Shown: in pieces, positions 1-10,395 of the stretch
Layout: each line of letters opens with the position of its first letter
How positions within the stretch are numbered: the first letter of the stretch is position 1
Assembly: GCA_027022365.1 (NCBI GenBank)
Contig: JALVYU010000026.1
Coordinates: 384,001-448,000 of the forward strand
Origin: Desulfurococcales archaeon
Lineage (GTDB): Archaea > Thermoproteota > Thermoprotei_A > Sulfolobales > Desulfurococcaceae
Length of the DNA stretch: 64,000 nt
Reading direction: 5' to 3'
The notes under the pieces: generated by a model
Databases searched by the model: none
Seen by the model: the letters and a program-made list of their open reading frames with translations, nothing else
What the model was told of the DNA's origin: nothing
Program-made: the position numbers and the translations under genes

Positions 1-1293
1 TTTGCCGACACCCTTGAATGGGACTTTTGTGCTGCATATATGAACCAGAACGATTATGGGGGCAGGTAATTTAACGAGGTATTGATCCCATGATATGTCT
101 TCCTTAACGACCGCTGTGCTTACATCACTTCCCTCATCGTAGAGCAACGGTATTTTGTTAGCGTATCTAAGGAGAGTTGGATACTTATCATTACTCAGAG
201 GGACCTTGCCGCCAAAAGCTATTCCTACCTCAACTATGAATGGGTGGCCCTGGTAAGCAGACGGCTTCCTCGTAACCGCTTCGACAAATTCAGGTTCATA
301 GATTCTCTTGAGCCCCGCTTTTATGACTTCTTCGCCTAGCGGGGACAATGCCTCTGATGTAGGAGCTCTAAATCTCTTATAGTTTTTCATAGCATTTACT
401 AGTTCAAGTAGTTGTCTGTCATTGAGGGATTTAGGGCTTAGATCAGGGCTTATACCAGCTATTTCGAGAAGTGATAATGCTGTGACACTGCCTATTCCTT
501 GAAAGCTCTTCATGAGCATTTCCTTGACTGTGGAGAACGAACCACTATCCCTTATTCTCTTCATGAGCTCGAGATCAACGCCATATGGATGGGGTTTAAC
601 CTCTTTCGGCGGTCGAGGAAGCTTATCAATTACGCGCTCATAATAGTATATCTCACCATCAGGGGTCATGAAAACAATATTTGCATAGGGCGTTACAACG
701 GCTGTTCGCAGTATGTAGTCTTTTATTCTCTGTTTGGCTCTGCTCCAATCACCTTCAAGCGTCATCGAAACTATTGTGCCGTGCCAATCCCTGTTTTTAC
801 GCCAACTACCGCGCTCAATGATTATAGGCTCGTTCTTATTGATATCTATCCTTAGCTTGAAGTAATAGATTCTCCTAAGATTAGGCTGACTAGTTATTAC
901 CTCGACAGGCCTACCCGTCGTCATCTGCCCATAAAGAATGGCTACCTTCGCACCTAAACCAAACATCCCACGTGTTTGTCTCAGAATGTATTTTGAGCTG
1001 AAAAGTACTCTACCAAATGCCTCGGGTACTACGTGTGGGGGAAGCCCTATACCGTTATCCTCAACCGTTACTCTATAGAATTCCCTATTCTCATCAGCTT
1101 TTTCGATAATGATCTTAATATTAGGTAGTATTCCATGGGAATCCGTTGCATCAAGAGCATTTTCCACAAACTCCCTTACAGCCTGATATAGTGCCCTAGC
1201 AGGATTAGAGAAGCCTGCTATCTCTCTATACTTGTAGAAGAACTCTGCAGGGCTGATAGCCCTGTAGCGTTCTGCCGGCGCGACAGCACTCAT
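1..1293 (-). CDS. top6B: DNA topoisomerase VI subunit B (3' end outside window)
   Basis: Not in the ORF track. Manual translation from ATG at 1293: MSAVAPAERYRAISPAEFFYKYREIAGFSNPARALYQAVREFVENALDATD, the Top6B N-terminus with the GHKL ExxxNxxDA motif. Confidence 0.95.
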   Translation of the reverse strand, partial: MSAVAPAERYRAISPAEFFYKYREIAGFSNPARALYQAVREFVENALDATDSHGILPNIKIIIEKADENREFYRVTVEDNGIGLPPHVVPEAFGRVLFSSKYILRQTRGMFGLGAKVAILYGQMTTGRPVEVITSQPNLRRIYYFKLRIDINKNEPIIIERGSWRKNRDWHGTIVSMTLEGDWSRAKQRIKDYILRTAVVTPYANIVFMTPDGEIYYYERVIDKLPRPPKEVKPHPYGVDLELMKRIRDSGSFSTVKEMLMKSFQGIGSVTALSLLEIAGISPDLSPKSLNDRQLLELVNAMKNYKRFRAPTSEALSPLGEEVIKAGLKRIYEPEFVEAVTRKPSAYQGHPFIVEVGIAFGGKVPLSNDKYPTLLRYANKIPLLYDEGSDVSTAVVKEDISWDQYLVKLPAPIIVLVHICSTKVPFKGVGK

Positions 1294-1359
1294 TACCCCC
1301 AACCCCTTTTACCCTAAAAAATATCCCCTTATAATTACTTTTAAGATACTGGTTCTATC

Positions 1360-1373
1360 AACAAATAGTTTCG
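1360..1373 (+). promoter_or_regulatory. Candidate DNA-damage-response element upstream of pilus operon
   Basis: AACAAATAGTTTCG, identical to the minus-strand 27514-27527 copy upstream of the TFB3-like gene; contains ANTTTC. Confidence 0.55.
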
Positions 1374-1456
1374 ATTGCCCCAGGCTCTTCCATCAGTATT
1401 TAACCATATAGCCCATTTTCTTACCATAAACACTTCTCTTCTATAACGGTGGGAAC

Positions 1457-1879
1457 ATGAAGGCTATATCCCCGCTCGTCGCAACAGCCATACTTCTCAT
1501 AATAACGATAGCCGGCGGGGTACTCCTATACAACTACATGATGAACACCCTATCAGCACCCCAAGAGTACGCCAATATCGCTGTAACCTCGGCCAAGATA
1601 TACCAAGTCAACACCACGACCGCGGTGCTAAACATACAAGTAGTCAACATGGGGACACGCACGGCAACAATAAATAGTATAACAATAATCCCGGGGAACT
1701 ACACATTCAGCCTCAGCAATACATTAGTAAAACCCGGTACATCGAAGAACATAAACATAGTCATCGATAACGCAACGGTTGTATCATCGCTTCTTACAGG
1801 CAACCACCTCGTCATAGTGAATTATAATAATGGAGTACAGACTAAGCCGGTCCAGATCGAAGAGGCGAGTACAACTTAA
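1457..1879 (+). CDS. Archaeal type IV pilin (class III signal peptide)
   Basis: MKA|ISPLVATAILLIITIAGG prepilin cleavage motif plus hydrophobic helix; many N-x-S/T sequons. Confidence 0.9.
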   Translation: MKAISPLVATAILLIITIAGGVLLYNYMMNTLSAPQEYANIAVTSAKIYQVNTTTAVLNIQVVNMGTRTATINSITIIPGNYTFSLSNTLVKPGTSKNINIVIDNATVVSSLLTGNHLVIVNYNNGVQTKPVQIEEASTT

Positions 1880-1911
1880 TAAGCAAGATTAATACGGGGT
1901 GTCTTAATCCA

Positions 1912-3447
1912 GTGAGATTTTTTAAATCAATAAACTCAATAAGACTCAATAGGATCTTTAAATCCTCGTTCTCCTCATTCGACATAGACAACGCTGTAGA
2001 GCTTATCAAACTAGTAGTGGAAGACACTAGACTAGCAGAAAAACACAGCCTTAACACAATAGAAGAATACACAATTGACGATATAATTACAGTTCGCATA
2101 ATAAAGAATAGGAACAAACTGGAATACGTGATAACCGAGCCCGCCCTAGAAGAAGATGTTATAGAAGCTATAGCTAGACTCTACTTAGAAAACCCACGTT
2201 GTAAAGATATAGCTTGTATTGAAGACACTATAAGAAGTCTTTCGGATCAATACATCGAGCGGATCTATACGGAAAAACCCCTCGAAGTTATCTATAATTA
2301 TTTCAAACTATCAAGCGGTTATGGCCCGCTATACCCGCTAACCCGTGACCCCCACATAGAGGAGATAGCGGCGAGTAGCGAAGACAGATACGTAAGCATA
2401 ATTCATAGGAAGTACAGCTGGTACGGCTGGATGTCCACAAACATAACAATAACGCAAAAACTCATGGATAGACTCGTTCTAAGCCTAGCAAGGATCATCG
2501 GACGTCACCTAAGCATAGCACAACCAATAGCCGAGGGATTAACGCCCGAAGGCCTTAGACTAGCACTCACATTTGGCCACGAAGTCTCACGTAAAGGCAG
2601 TAGCTTCGTCATTAGGAAAAAACCATCACAACCAATAACTATAACCAAGCTAATCGATCAAGAAGTCATATTAGCTGAGCTAGCAGCATATGCTTGGCTT
2701 GTACTGGAGCTCAAGGGTTCAATACTAATAGTAGGCGGTATGAGCACTGGTAAAACCACGTTACTCCAAGCATTACTAACACTCATTCCACCAACAAGGA
2801 GAGTTGTGACAATAGAGGATACTCCAGAAATAACCGGGACAACGGGTCTATGGGATCCACTCGTTGAAAGAGTAAGCACCATCGGAGACAAACTCAGTAT
2901 CAACATGTATGATCTACTAAAATTCAGCCTTAGACGGAGGGCAGACTACATAGTTGTAGGAGAAGTACGAGGGAGAGAGGCAAGACTCTTAGTGCAGGCA
3001 TCACGTTTAGGGCACGGCGTTCTCGCGACAATGCACGCAGACACGGCACAGTCAGTTATAGAAAGACTGACCGCACCACCCATATCTATACCAAAGAATC
3101 TACTGAGAAGTATTTGGTCCATATTCGTTATGGATGCAACCAACGGCCGTAGACATGTTAGAGAGATCTTTGAAATAGATCATAGGACCAGAGCACATAG
3201 AATCGCGGGGTTAAATGAAGATATCGAGCCATGTGTGAAGACAATAGCGGAAAACACTATACGGTTAAAAGAAATTCTGGATGAAGATACTATAATATCA
3301 GAGCTCGCGTCGAGGACAGCTTTCCTACAAATGCTTGTTAACAAAGGGGTTTTCGACATCTATTCCTTAGGCGAAAAACTCATTGAATACTATAGCTTGG
3401 AGGAGGAAGAATATGAAGGCCCGGGCATTTTTGAGGAAAATAATTAA
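1912..3447 (+). CDS. Type IV pilus / type II secretion assembly ATPase (VirB11/FlaI-like)
   Basis: Walker A GGMSTGKTT, TIEDTPE Asp box, YIVVGEVRG Walker B, GHGVLATMHA His box. Confidence 0.92.
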   Translation: MRFFKSINSIRLNRIFKSSFSSFDIDNAVELIKLVVEDTRLAEKHSLNTIEEYTIDDIITVRIIKNRNKLEYVITEPALEEDVIEAIARLYLENPRCKDIACIEDTIRSLSDQYIERIYTEKPLEVIYNYFKLSSGYGPLYPLTRDPHIEEIAASSEDRYVSIIHRKYSWYGWMSTNITITQKLMDRLVLSLARIIGRHLSIAQPIAEGLTPEGLRLALTFGHEVSRKGSSFVIRKKPSQPITITKLIDQEVILAELAAYAWLVLELKGSILIVGGMSTGKTTLLQALLTLIPPTRRVVTIEDTPEITGTTGLWDPLVERVSTIGDKLSINMYDLLKFSLRRRADYIVVGEVRGREARLLVQASRLGHGVLATMHADTAQSVIERLTAPPISIPKNLLRSIWSIFVMDATNGRRHVREIFEIDHRTRAHRIAGLNEDIEPCVKTIAENTIRLKEILDEDTIISELASRTAFLQMLVNKGVFDIYSLGEKLIEYYSLEEEEYEGPGIFEENN

Positions 3448-4927
3448 TCCAAAAGTACTCGTATCGATTATCATATTTTCACTTTTATTAGATATCCTAG
3501 CACTTACAACCCACTGCTACTACTTATTGCTCAGCGTATCAATACCTATAACTCCGCCTCTCATTATTATAGCCAAAAGACTATCATTCAAGAAAAAGCT
3601 TGAAGAAGAATTCCCCGATTTCCTTGCCCTAAACCTTACGATGGAAGCAAACGGGTTAAGACTAGATAATGTATTCGATGAAGCTCTGAAGCATAAATTG
3701 AAATTACCACCCGCTTACGAGATCATAGCAAGAATATACAGTCTTATCAAGACGTTAAATCCAGACCCATATACAGGGCTTAGATATCTAGCCAAACTAG
3801 TGCCTAGTGAGAGAATATCTAGGTTCTTCAGAGGCTACACAGAGATACTCGTGACTACGAATGATACTCTAACATATGTTGAATCGAAACTTGATGAAGA
3901 ACTGGCTAGTCTGGAGCAACGAATAAGCCATAGTCTATCAGGCCTCGACACGCTCTATGAGGGATTATTAATTATCTTAATGTCGATAATAACGTTCATG
4001 CTTATACCCGTAGCTTATGTCCCAAAAGAACTTATAGCATTCATTGTTTCAATTACAGGTATCTCGGCATATATGCTCTCTTCTTCACTTACATCTCGGA
4101 CTTACAGATACGAGACTCAAGTGTCCCAATTAATCTCACTAATACTATTAACAATAACACCATTCATAATGCTCAATATAGGGCTTAGGGGGATGATCAT
4201 ATATACGTTCCTTATAATTTTCTTAACACTTATATTCAGGAAGATCGAAAAATCATCGGAAGATATAGAGAACAATGTTATTAGTCTCCTTGACGACCTT
4301 TACAGCGAGGCTAAACAAGGCATACCCATTGACCACGCCTTAATGAAGAAAGAGAACCTGATACATCCACTCAAGAAAATTCGGGATCTCCTAAGACTGG
4401 GCATCCCTATACCATCTATACTTGAGAAGCTAAGAATGCCGCCTTTCTCAAAGAAATTATTGGGTCTAGCTTTTTCCCCTCTAGAGTATAGTAGGTATCA
4501 TGAAAAACATTTAGGATATACTTTAAAGATCATGGATTATATTGTGAGGCTCCGACGCATACTTTCTGAAAGGGGAAAGATGTATTTCTTCTATGCATTA
4601 ACGCTACCCATCATAACTATTGTGATGATCAAAGGTATGACCACTATACAATCTAGTCTAAACAGTATGTTTGATCCCGAGCTAGCAGTGGGGCTTACAT
4701 ACTCGATATCATTAATAGCAGGGATAATCGCTTCAAAAATATCTAGTGGTAAGAGCCTGTATAGCGTTCTAACCCCTTTATTATTAGTAGTAACACTAGC
4801 CTCATTTTATCTAGCAAACATGATCATCCCTAACAACAGCGCTATAACGCCACATCCTTTACATCAGCCTTTGACAACACCTATAGGCCTCATCTTCACT
4901 ACCAGCCTAGCAATACCAACACGATGA
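3413..4927 (+). CDS. TadC/FlaJ-like pilus membrane platform protein
   Basis: Multi-TM protein with a LEEEFPDFL T2SSF-like segment, directly after the ATPase; ATG at 3413 follows GGAGG. Confidence 0.75.
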   Translation: MKARAFLRKIINPKVLVSIIIFSLLLDILALTTHCYYLLLSVSIPITPPLIIIAKRLSFKKKLEEEFPDFLALNLTMEANGLRLDNVFDEALKHKLKLPPAYEIIARIYSLIKTLNPDPYTGLRYLAKLVPSERISRFFRGYTEILVTTNDTLTYVESKLDEELASLEQRISHSLSGLDTLYEGLLIILMSIITFMLIPVAYVPKELIAFIVSITGISAYMLSSSLTSRTYRYETQVSQLISLILLTITPFIMLNIGLRGMIIYTFLIIFLTLIFRKIEKSSEDIENNVISLLDDLYSEAKQGIPIDHALMKKENLIHPLKKIRDLLRLGIPIPSILEKLRMPPFSKKLLGLAFSPLEYSRYHEKHLGYTLKIMDYIVRLRRILSERGKMYFFYALTLPIITIVMIKGMTTIQSSLNSMFDPELAVGLTYSISLIAGIIASKISSGKSLYSVLTPLLLVVTLASFYLANMIIPNNSAITPHPLHQPLTTPIGLIFTTSLAIPTR

Positions 4928-6315
4928 GCAACCATGGCTACCCGGTCAACATCCTTATAGGCCCCAGGAGCTTCCTCGCTTATAACTCTCCTAGTAGCAG
5001 CTCTCAGTATTACACCCTTCCTAGCGAGCTCATCCACTACTCTTTCCGGCCTGTATGTTCTTATGGCTGCACCTCTGCTCATCCACCTGCCAGCACCATG
5101 TGGCGCGCTATGCCATGTCCTGGCACCCTTTGCTGTGCCGACGAGAATATAGCTAGCGGTACCCATTGAACCAGGTATTAGAACTGGTTGTCCAATACTC
5201 CTATATTTATCAGGTATTTCTGGGTGTCCCGGCGGGAATGCTCTTGTAGCGCCCTTCCTATGGACTACGACGTGGTATTCTTTACCTTCCACAACGTGTT
5301 TCTCGATCTTAGCGATGTTGTGAGCTACATCATAAATTAGCTTTAGACCAAGATCCTCGGGATCCTTATGGAATACTGCCTTGAAGCTCTCGCGAACCCA
5401 GTGCATGATCAGCTGCCGGTTGGTCCAAGCAAAGTTCGCTGCCGCTGCCATGGCTTTGAAGTAGTCCTGCGCCTCTGGGGACTTGAACGGTAGACTTGCA
5501 AGCTCCCTATCGGGGGGCCTGATACCGTATTTCCGCATAGCACGCTCCATTATGAGTAGATAATCGCTCGCAACCTGATGGCCTAGGCCACGGCTACCAG
5601 TATGTATCATTACTGTTACTTGTCCTTCATGCGTGATCCCCATGACCTTCGCCGTCTCCGGATCATATATTTTGTCTACAACCTGTACCTCGAGGAAATG
5701 ATTACCTGCACCAAGCGTTCCGAGCTGGTTGTGCCCCCTCTGTTTAGCCCTACGGCTAACCTTTGATGCATCCGCAGCTCTCCATGAACCGTGTTCCTCT
5801 ATGAATTCCATGTCTTCCTCCCATCCAAAGCCGTGCTCCACAGCCCATTCGACACCCCGGTTAAGCACTTCATCCAGCTCGGAGAAGCTCAGCCTTATCT
5901 TACCAGTGCTACCGACACCGCTTGGCACGTTTCGGAACAGTGTGTCAACCAGCTCCTTCAATCTCGGCCTTACATCTTTTTCATCAAGATCTGTCTTGAG
6001 AACCCTTACGCCACAGTTTATGTCGTAACCTACACCTCCAGGGCTGATAACACCCGTGTCTACGTCGAAGCCTGCAACCCCACCTATCGGGAACCCATAG
6101 CCCTGGTGGCCGTCCGGCATTACGTACATGGATATTTGTATCCCTGGCAGACACGCCACGTTCGCAGCCTGTACAAGCGTTAGATCACTACGCATTTTCT
6201 CAAGGAGATACTCATCCGCAAATATGATGGCTGGAACCCTCATACAGTGCTTAGTACCCTTCGGTATCATGTACTCATATTCGCCAATCTTTTCTAACCT
6301 CATATGATGACTCAT
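4864..6315 (-). CDS. rtcB: tRNA-splicing ligase RtcB
   Basis: MPDGHQGYGFPIGG, GYDINCGVR, GNHFLE, HRKGAT, HGAGR motifs. Confidence 0.97.
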   Translation of the reverse strand: MSHHMRLEKIGEYEYMIPKGTKHCMRVPAIIFADEYLLEKMRSDLTLVQAANVACLPGIQISMYVMPDGHQGYGFPIGGVAGFDVDTGVISPGGVGYDINCGVRVLKTDLDEKDVRPRLKELVDTLFRNVPSGVGSTGKIRLSFSELDEVLNRGVEWAVEHGFGWEEDMEFIEEHGSWRAADASKVSRRAKQRGHNQLGTLGAGNHFLEVQVVDKIYDPETAKVMGITHEGQVTVMIHTGSRGLGHQVASDYLLIMERAMRKYGIRPPDRELASLPFKSPEAQDYFKAMAAAANFAWTNRQLIMHWVRESFKAVFHKDPEDLGLKLIYDVAHNIAKIEKHVVEGKEYHVVVHRKGATRAFPPGHPEIPDKYRSIGQPVLIPGSMGTASYILVGTAKGARTWHSAPHGAGRWMSRGAAIRTYRPERVVDELARKGVILRAATRRVISEEAPGAYKDVDRVAMVAHRVGIARLVVKMRPIGVVKG

Positions 6316-6432
6316 CAGATCTCACCCGACCATTTATTAATTATCTATTGATCCAAAACAGCCAATAATTGTCCTAGAATATCTATTAGTGGACAGGCTA
6401 ATATAGGTATAAAGTACTCTGTTAATATTTGA

Positions 6433-7749
6433 TTATATCCTTGCTAGTTTCTCCACGATCTCCCTGACTACTTCATCACTAGCTACACGTGTCTGATGCC
6501 CGGTTCTAAGATCCTTTACTGTTACTACTTTTTCCTCAAACTCTTTCTTACCGATGATCAATGCTAGATCATAGCCGGCTTTAGACGCTGTGCTCAATGC
6601 TTTCTTGATCTTGCTATGATGGTATAATGTTGATTCAGCCCCTATGTCTTCAACGATCCTCTTAATCTTGAACGCATAGCCTACTAGATTGTGATCCAAG
6701 ACTATTATCAACACTCTAGGACGATATGGTGGTTTAACTCCTTTAATCGACAATGCTATCCTGTCAAGACCCAGTGCCAGGCCCGTAGAATATTCAAATG
6801 GCCCGCCGTACACAGTTGTTAATCCATCATATCTTCCACCGCCGCCTATACTGAGCTCTAAACCTCCTATAGCCTTGTACTCGAATATGAGGCCAGAATA
6901 ATATGCGAGGCCCCTGACGAGGTTGGGATTATATACTGCCTTGTATCCCATATCGCCGAGTATTTCGATGAACCTGGTTGTTCTATCCAGTTCTTCTTCT
7001 AGTTTTTCAAGATAATTACTCAGTACATCATTGTACTCATCAATATACTGCCTTACATCATCGAGGCTAAGCTCTATCAGTTTCTTCATGGCATCCGCTG
7101 CGTCGCTATTAACGTTTCTTAGCTCCTCTATGGCCTTGTCATTCATTCTTTTATCGATTAGATGGAGCACGTGGTCCTGTGTCTCCACAGGGATCCCGAA
7201 TCCTGACATGATGGATCTGTGTAACGATACGTTGCTTACCTCGTAGAAGTGCTCGAGCCCAATCTTGTCTAGAAACGATGAAGCCGTTAGCGCTGCCTCT
7301 AGATCACCCTCAACACCCCTAACACCTATAACTTCGAGGCCTGCCTGCCAGAACTCCCTGTATCGGCCATGCTGTGGTTCCTCATACCTGAAGCACTGGG
7401 CGACATAGTATAGCTTTACGGGTTTGGGAAGGCCTCTAAGGAGGCGAAGATATATCCGTACAATACTTGCTGTTATCTCCGGCCTCAGTGATAATAACCT
7501 GCCGGCCTTGTCTTCGAAGACGTACATAGAACGCTTTATTTCTTCACCGCTCTTCTTTTCAAACAATTTGAAATACTCGAGCGTAGGCGGTATAACTGGT
7601 TTGAACCCGTTTATCCTAGCATAGTTTTTGAACTCGTTGAAAAGATATTCTAGGATCTCGGCGTCCTCGCCAACTAGGTCCCGCATGCCACGAGGCGGTA
7701 GGAGAGAGAAATCCCCCACCATAATAGTCACCATTCCCGCCGGTCTCAA
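6433..7749 (-). CDS. hisS: Histidine--tRNA ligase (start probably ATG 7722)
   Basis: PRGMRD, LRPEITAS, FRYEEPQHGRYREFWQ, VRGLAYYSG, GGGRYDGL. Confidence 0.95.
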   Translation of the reverse strand: MRPAGMVTIMVGDFSLLPPRGMRDLVGEDAEILEYLFNEFKNYARINGFKPVIPPTLEYFKLFEKKSGEEIKRSMYVFEDKAGRLLSLRPEITASIVRIYLRLLRGLPKPVKLYYVAQCFRYEEPQHGRYREFWQAGLEVIGVRGVEGDLEAALTASSFLDKIGLEHFYEVSNVSLHRSIMSGFGIPVETQDHVLHLIDKRMNDKAIEELRNVNSDAADAMKKLIELSLDDVRQYIDEYNDVLSNYLEKLEEELDRTTRFIEILGDMGYKAVYNPNLVRGLAYYSGLIFEYKAIGGLELSIGGGGRYDGLTTVYGGPFEYSTGLALGLDRIALSIKGVKPPYRPRVLIIVLDHNLVGYAFKIKRIVEDIGAESTLYHHSKIKKALSTASKAGYDLALIIGKKEFEEKVVTVKDLRTGHQTRVASDEVVREIVEKLARI

Positions 7750-7811
7750 CGCTATAGGGTATGTATTTAGACAATGTCTTATCAGCCAGCCATATAACTG
7801 TTATCTTAACA

Positions 7812-8348
7812 TTATTTCTTGGGATCCATGCGTCCGACCTCATAGTATGTTATATCGCCCTGTAGGCTAACTACCGCTATGACGAGAGACAACGCGTTAT
7901 CCACCGCCTTCTCGATACTGGAAACTATTCCGTCAAGCGTGATCCTATGTCCTTCCTCAAGCACCTTGATCATCCTGAGCGCACCATGCTTATCCTTGAT
8001 CACAAACTCACCATCCTGTATGACCCTTATTCTCCGCCCCCGATCCCTTAGATCCTTGTAGACAAGGAGGCTTGGCCAAAAGAATTCTCGCAGACAATTA
8101 TAGGCTTTCTCCATGAATTCCTCGAGACCCGATATCTCTTCATCACATATGACTATTTTTGCGCGCTCACTGATCAGTAGGTATGCCGTCTCGATTATAC
8201 TCAGCTCTAAACCCTCCTTGGTTTCCCTGCCGAACCACTTATTGGATAGATCATAGTAGTTGTCCTTGATAAGCCCCTTGCAGGTATCTGTATCAAAGAT
8301 TATCCTATGTATTTTCGGCATATACTGCACCACGCAAGCACTGATCAA
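7812..8348 (-). CDS. endA: tRNA splicing endonuclease, probably the structural (non-catalytic) subunit
   Basis: LELSIIETAYL, VYKDLRDRG, C-terminal GDITYY; the catalytic GxKFG/His motifs are not evident. Confidence 0.75.
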   Translation of the reverse strand: MISACVVQYMPKIHRIIFDTDTCKGLIKDNYYDLSNKWFGRETKEGLELSIIETAYLLISERAKIVICDEEISGLEEFMEKAYNCLREFFWPSLLVYKDLRDRGRRIRVIQDGEFVIKDKHGALRMIKVLEEGHRITLDGIVSSIEKAVDNALSLVIAVVSLQGDITYYEVGRMDPKK

Positions 8349-8415
8349 CGTTACATCTTTTTCCCTAGAGTACCAGATATTACAACAATAATATATTATT
8401 GCAGGTGTACCGTCT

Positions 8416-9489
8416 ATGGATTACCCATATCCAATCAAGATCAGGGCCGTATGGTGGGAGGACAACCAGGTCTGCTGGATAGACACATCTAAACTACCAT
8501 TCGAGGAGAAAACCTACTGTACAGATGAGCCTAAGAGACTGGCCAGAGCCATTATCGCCATGGAGATAAGGGGTGCGCCAGCCATAGGTGTTGCTGCCGC
8601 TCTCGGCATAGCCGCCTACGCCATAAAAATAGCGTCTAGCAGTAGAGAGGAGTTCATCGATAGGATAGAGGATGCTATTAAAACACTGTGGAATACCAGG
8701 CCTACAGCTCATAATCTGTTCTGGGCGCTAACACGTATGCGCAACACACTGAGATCAGCAGCGGAGGAGGGACTGAACACCGGCGAGATAGCCGATAGGC
8801 TCCGCGAGGAAGCAATAAGAATAATGGACGAAGACATACGCGCCAATATACGTATGGGTGAATACGGGGCCGAGCTGGTCCCTGACAATGCAACAATCCT
8901 AACACACTGTAATGCTGGTGCATTAGCAACAGCTGCCTTCGGCACTGCCGAAGGAATAATGCGTGTCGCCTGGTACAAGGGCAAGAAGATTAAGGTAATA
9001 GCAACCGAGACCAGGCCCGTTCTCCAGGGCGCGAGGCTGACTGTATGGGAATTGATGAGGGAAGGAATACCCGTGACTCTCATAACCGATAACATGGCCG
9101 GGTACGTTATACGTAAGGGGCTCGTCGATCTAGTGATCGTTGGAGCGGATCGTATAACGAGGGAAGGCTATGTCATAAACAAGATAGGTACATACATGAT
9201 AGCGCTCGCCGCCAAGAGGAATAATGTGCCTTTCTACGTCGCGGCTCCAACGAGCACGATAGACTTGAACTCTTCAATCGACGATGTCGTAATAGAGGAA
9301 CGCGACCCTAATGAAGTCAAGAAGGTCCTAGGAAAGCCAATTACGTTAGAGGAGGCAAAAGCACTGAACTACGCCTTCGACATAACAGATCCTGATCTAG
9401 TAACAGCTATAATAACTGAGAGAGGAATAGTAAAACCGCCCTTCCCCGAGAACCTTAAACACGTTGTTGAGAGAAGGTTAAATATATAA
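8416..9489 (+). CDS. mtnA: Methylthioribose-1-phosphate isomerase (eIF2B-alpha-like)
   Basis: IRGAPAIG, TRPTAHNL, LTHCNAGALAT, ETRPVLQGARLT, NKIGTY. Confidence 0.9.
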   Translation: MDYPYPIKIRAVWWEDNQVCWIDTSKLPFEEKTYCTDEPKRLARAIIAMEIRGAPAIGVAAALGIAAYAIKIASSSREEFIDRIEDAIKTLWNTRPTAHNLFWALTRMRNTLRSAAEEGLNTGEIADRLREEAIRIMDEDIRANIRMGEYGAELVPDNATILTHCNAGALATAAFGTAEGIMRVAWYKGKKIKVIATETRPVLQGARLTVWELMREGIPVTLITDNMAGYVIRKGLVDLVIVGADRITREGYVINKIGTYMIALAAKRNNVPFYVAAPTSTIDLNSSIDDVVIEERDPNEVKKVLGKPITLEEAKALNYAFDITDPDLVTAIITERGIVKPPFPENLKHVVERRLNI

Positions 9490-9519
9490 TTTCTCTACCT
9501 CAACAATCTGAAATATGGT

Positions 9520-9629
9520 GGGCCCGTCGTCTAGCTTGGACTAGGATGCGGGGTTCGGGACCCGAGAGATCCCGCCGCTGGGACGGGCGAAACTCCCCGT
9601 GACCCGGGGTTCAAATCCCCGCGGGCCCA
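9520..9629 (+). tRNA. tRNA-Pro(CGG) with 34-nt intron at 37/38 (9560-9593)
   Basis: GGGCCCG acceptor stem, CGGGG-TTCGGG/T-CCCCG arm, GGTTCAAATCC T-arm; BHB central helix TTCG/CGAA. Confidence 0.92.
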
Positions 9630-9647
9630 CCTCTTATTCCTTTCTAG

Positions 9648-10136
9648 GTGCTGGAAATGGATATTAGGACGACCGTGAAGTATATTGCTGGCCTGAGCGC
9701 CGAGGAACTATCCAGTACTCCTGAGGTATCCTCGATCTCGGCGCTAAAAAGAATAGTCAAACCAGTACTGGCCGGATTCGGGGAAGGGCCTGCATGGTTC
9801 TATGTGTCTCCTAGAAGAGACCATGTAGTCGTCCCTCATTATTTCTGCACTTGCAAAGACTACACCATAAGGGTTATGACAAGAAGACATAGCCTCTCCT
9901 GCAAGCATGTCTTAGCACAACGATTATCGGAGATCACCGGGGTCTACAGGATAGTTGTATTAGATATTAACGAATACATTAGGATACTCACTGAGATACT
10001 CAGAATGGGTATAAGCCCTACGTTGAGAAGATTATTATATAAACAAAAAACTAGACATAAGGGATCAGGTAGGATAGGAGGGAAGAAGAATGGGTCGACG
10101 CAGGAAAAAATACAAGAAAGTGGTAAAGAAGATTAG
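9648..10136 (+). CDS. SWIM zinc-finger protein
   Basis: FCTCKDY...SCKHVLA matches the CxC-xn-CxH pattern. Confidence 0.75.
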   Translation: MLEMDIRTTVKYIAGLSAEELSSTPEVSSISALKRIVKPVLAGFGEGPAWFYVSPRRDHVVVPHYFCTCKDYTIRVMTRRHSLSCKHVLAQRLSEITGVYRIVVLDINEYIRILTEILRMGISPTLRRLLYKQKTRHKGSGRIGGKKNGSTQEKIQESGKED

Positions 10137-10395
10137 AAGGATACCAAAGATCTTCCAGTGCCCCAACTGTGGCTCTAGGACGCTCACGATAAGGTTCAGG
10201 AAATCCGAAGTAGAAGGGATGAAAAAAGCAGTGATCACTTGCGGGACCTGCGGCCTGTACTACGAGATGGATGTACCGGAGATACTTGAGCCCGTCGACG
10301 TGTATGGAAAGTTCATTGACCTCTTCGAAGAGGGAAGCATCGAACCCGAGTTCAGAAAGCCGGAGGAAGAGGAGATCAGCTCTGAAGGTACATAA
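10090..10395 (+). CDS. elf1: Transcription elongation factor Elf1
   Basis: MGRRRKK basic N-terminus, FQCPNCG...CGTCG, EPVDVYGKFID. Confidence 0.9.
   Translation: MGRRRKKYKKVVKKIRRIPKIFQCPNCGSRTLTIRFRKSEVEGMKKAVITCGTCGLYYEMDVPEILEPVDVYGKFIDLFEEGSIEPEFRKPEEEEISSEGT

Noticed and set aside
499-855. 118-aa plus-strand ORF
   Set aside because: Antisense shadow of top6B.
10271-10381. N-terminal extension of GGGP synthase in the ORF track
   Set aside because: Lies wholly within elf1 and has no family similarity.
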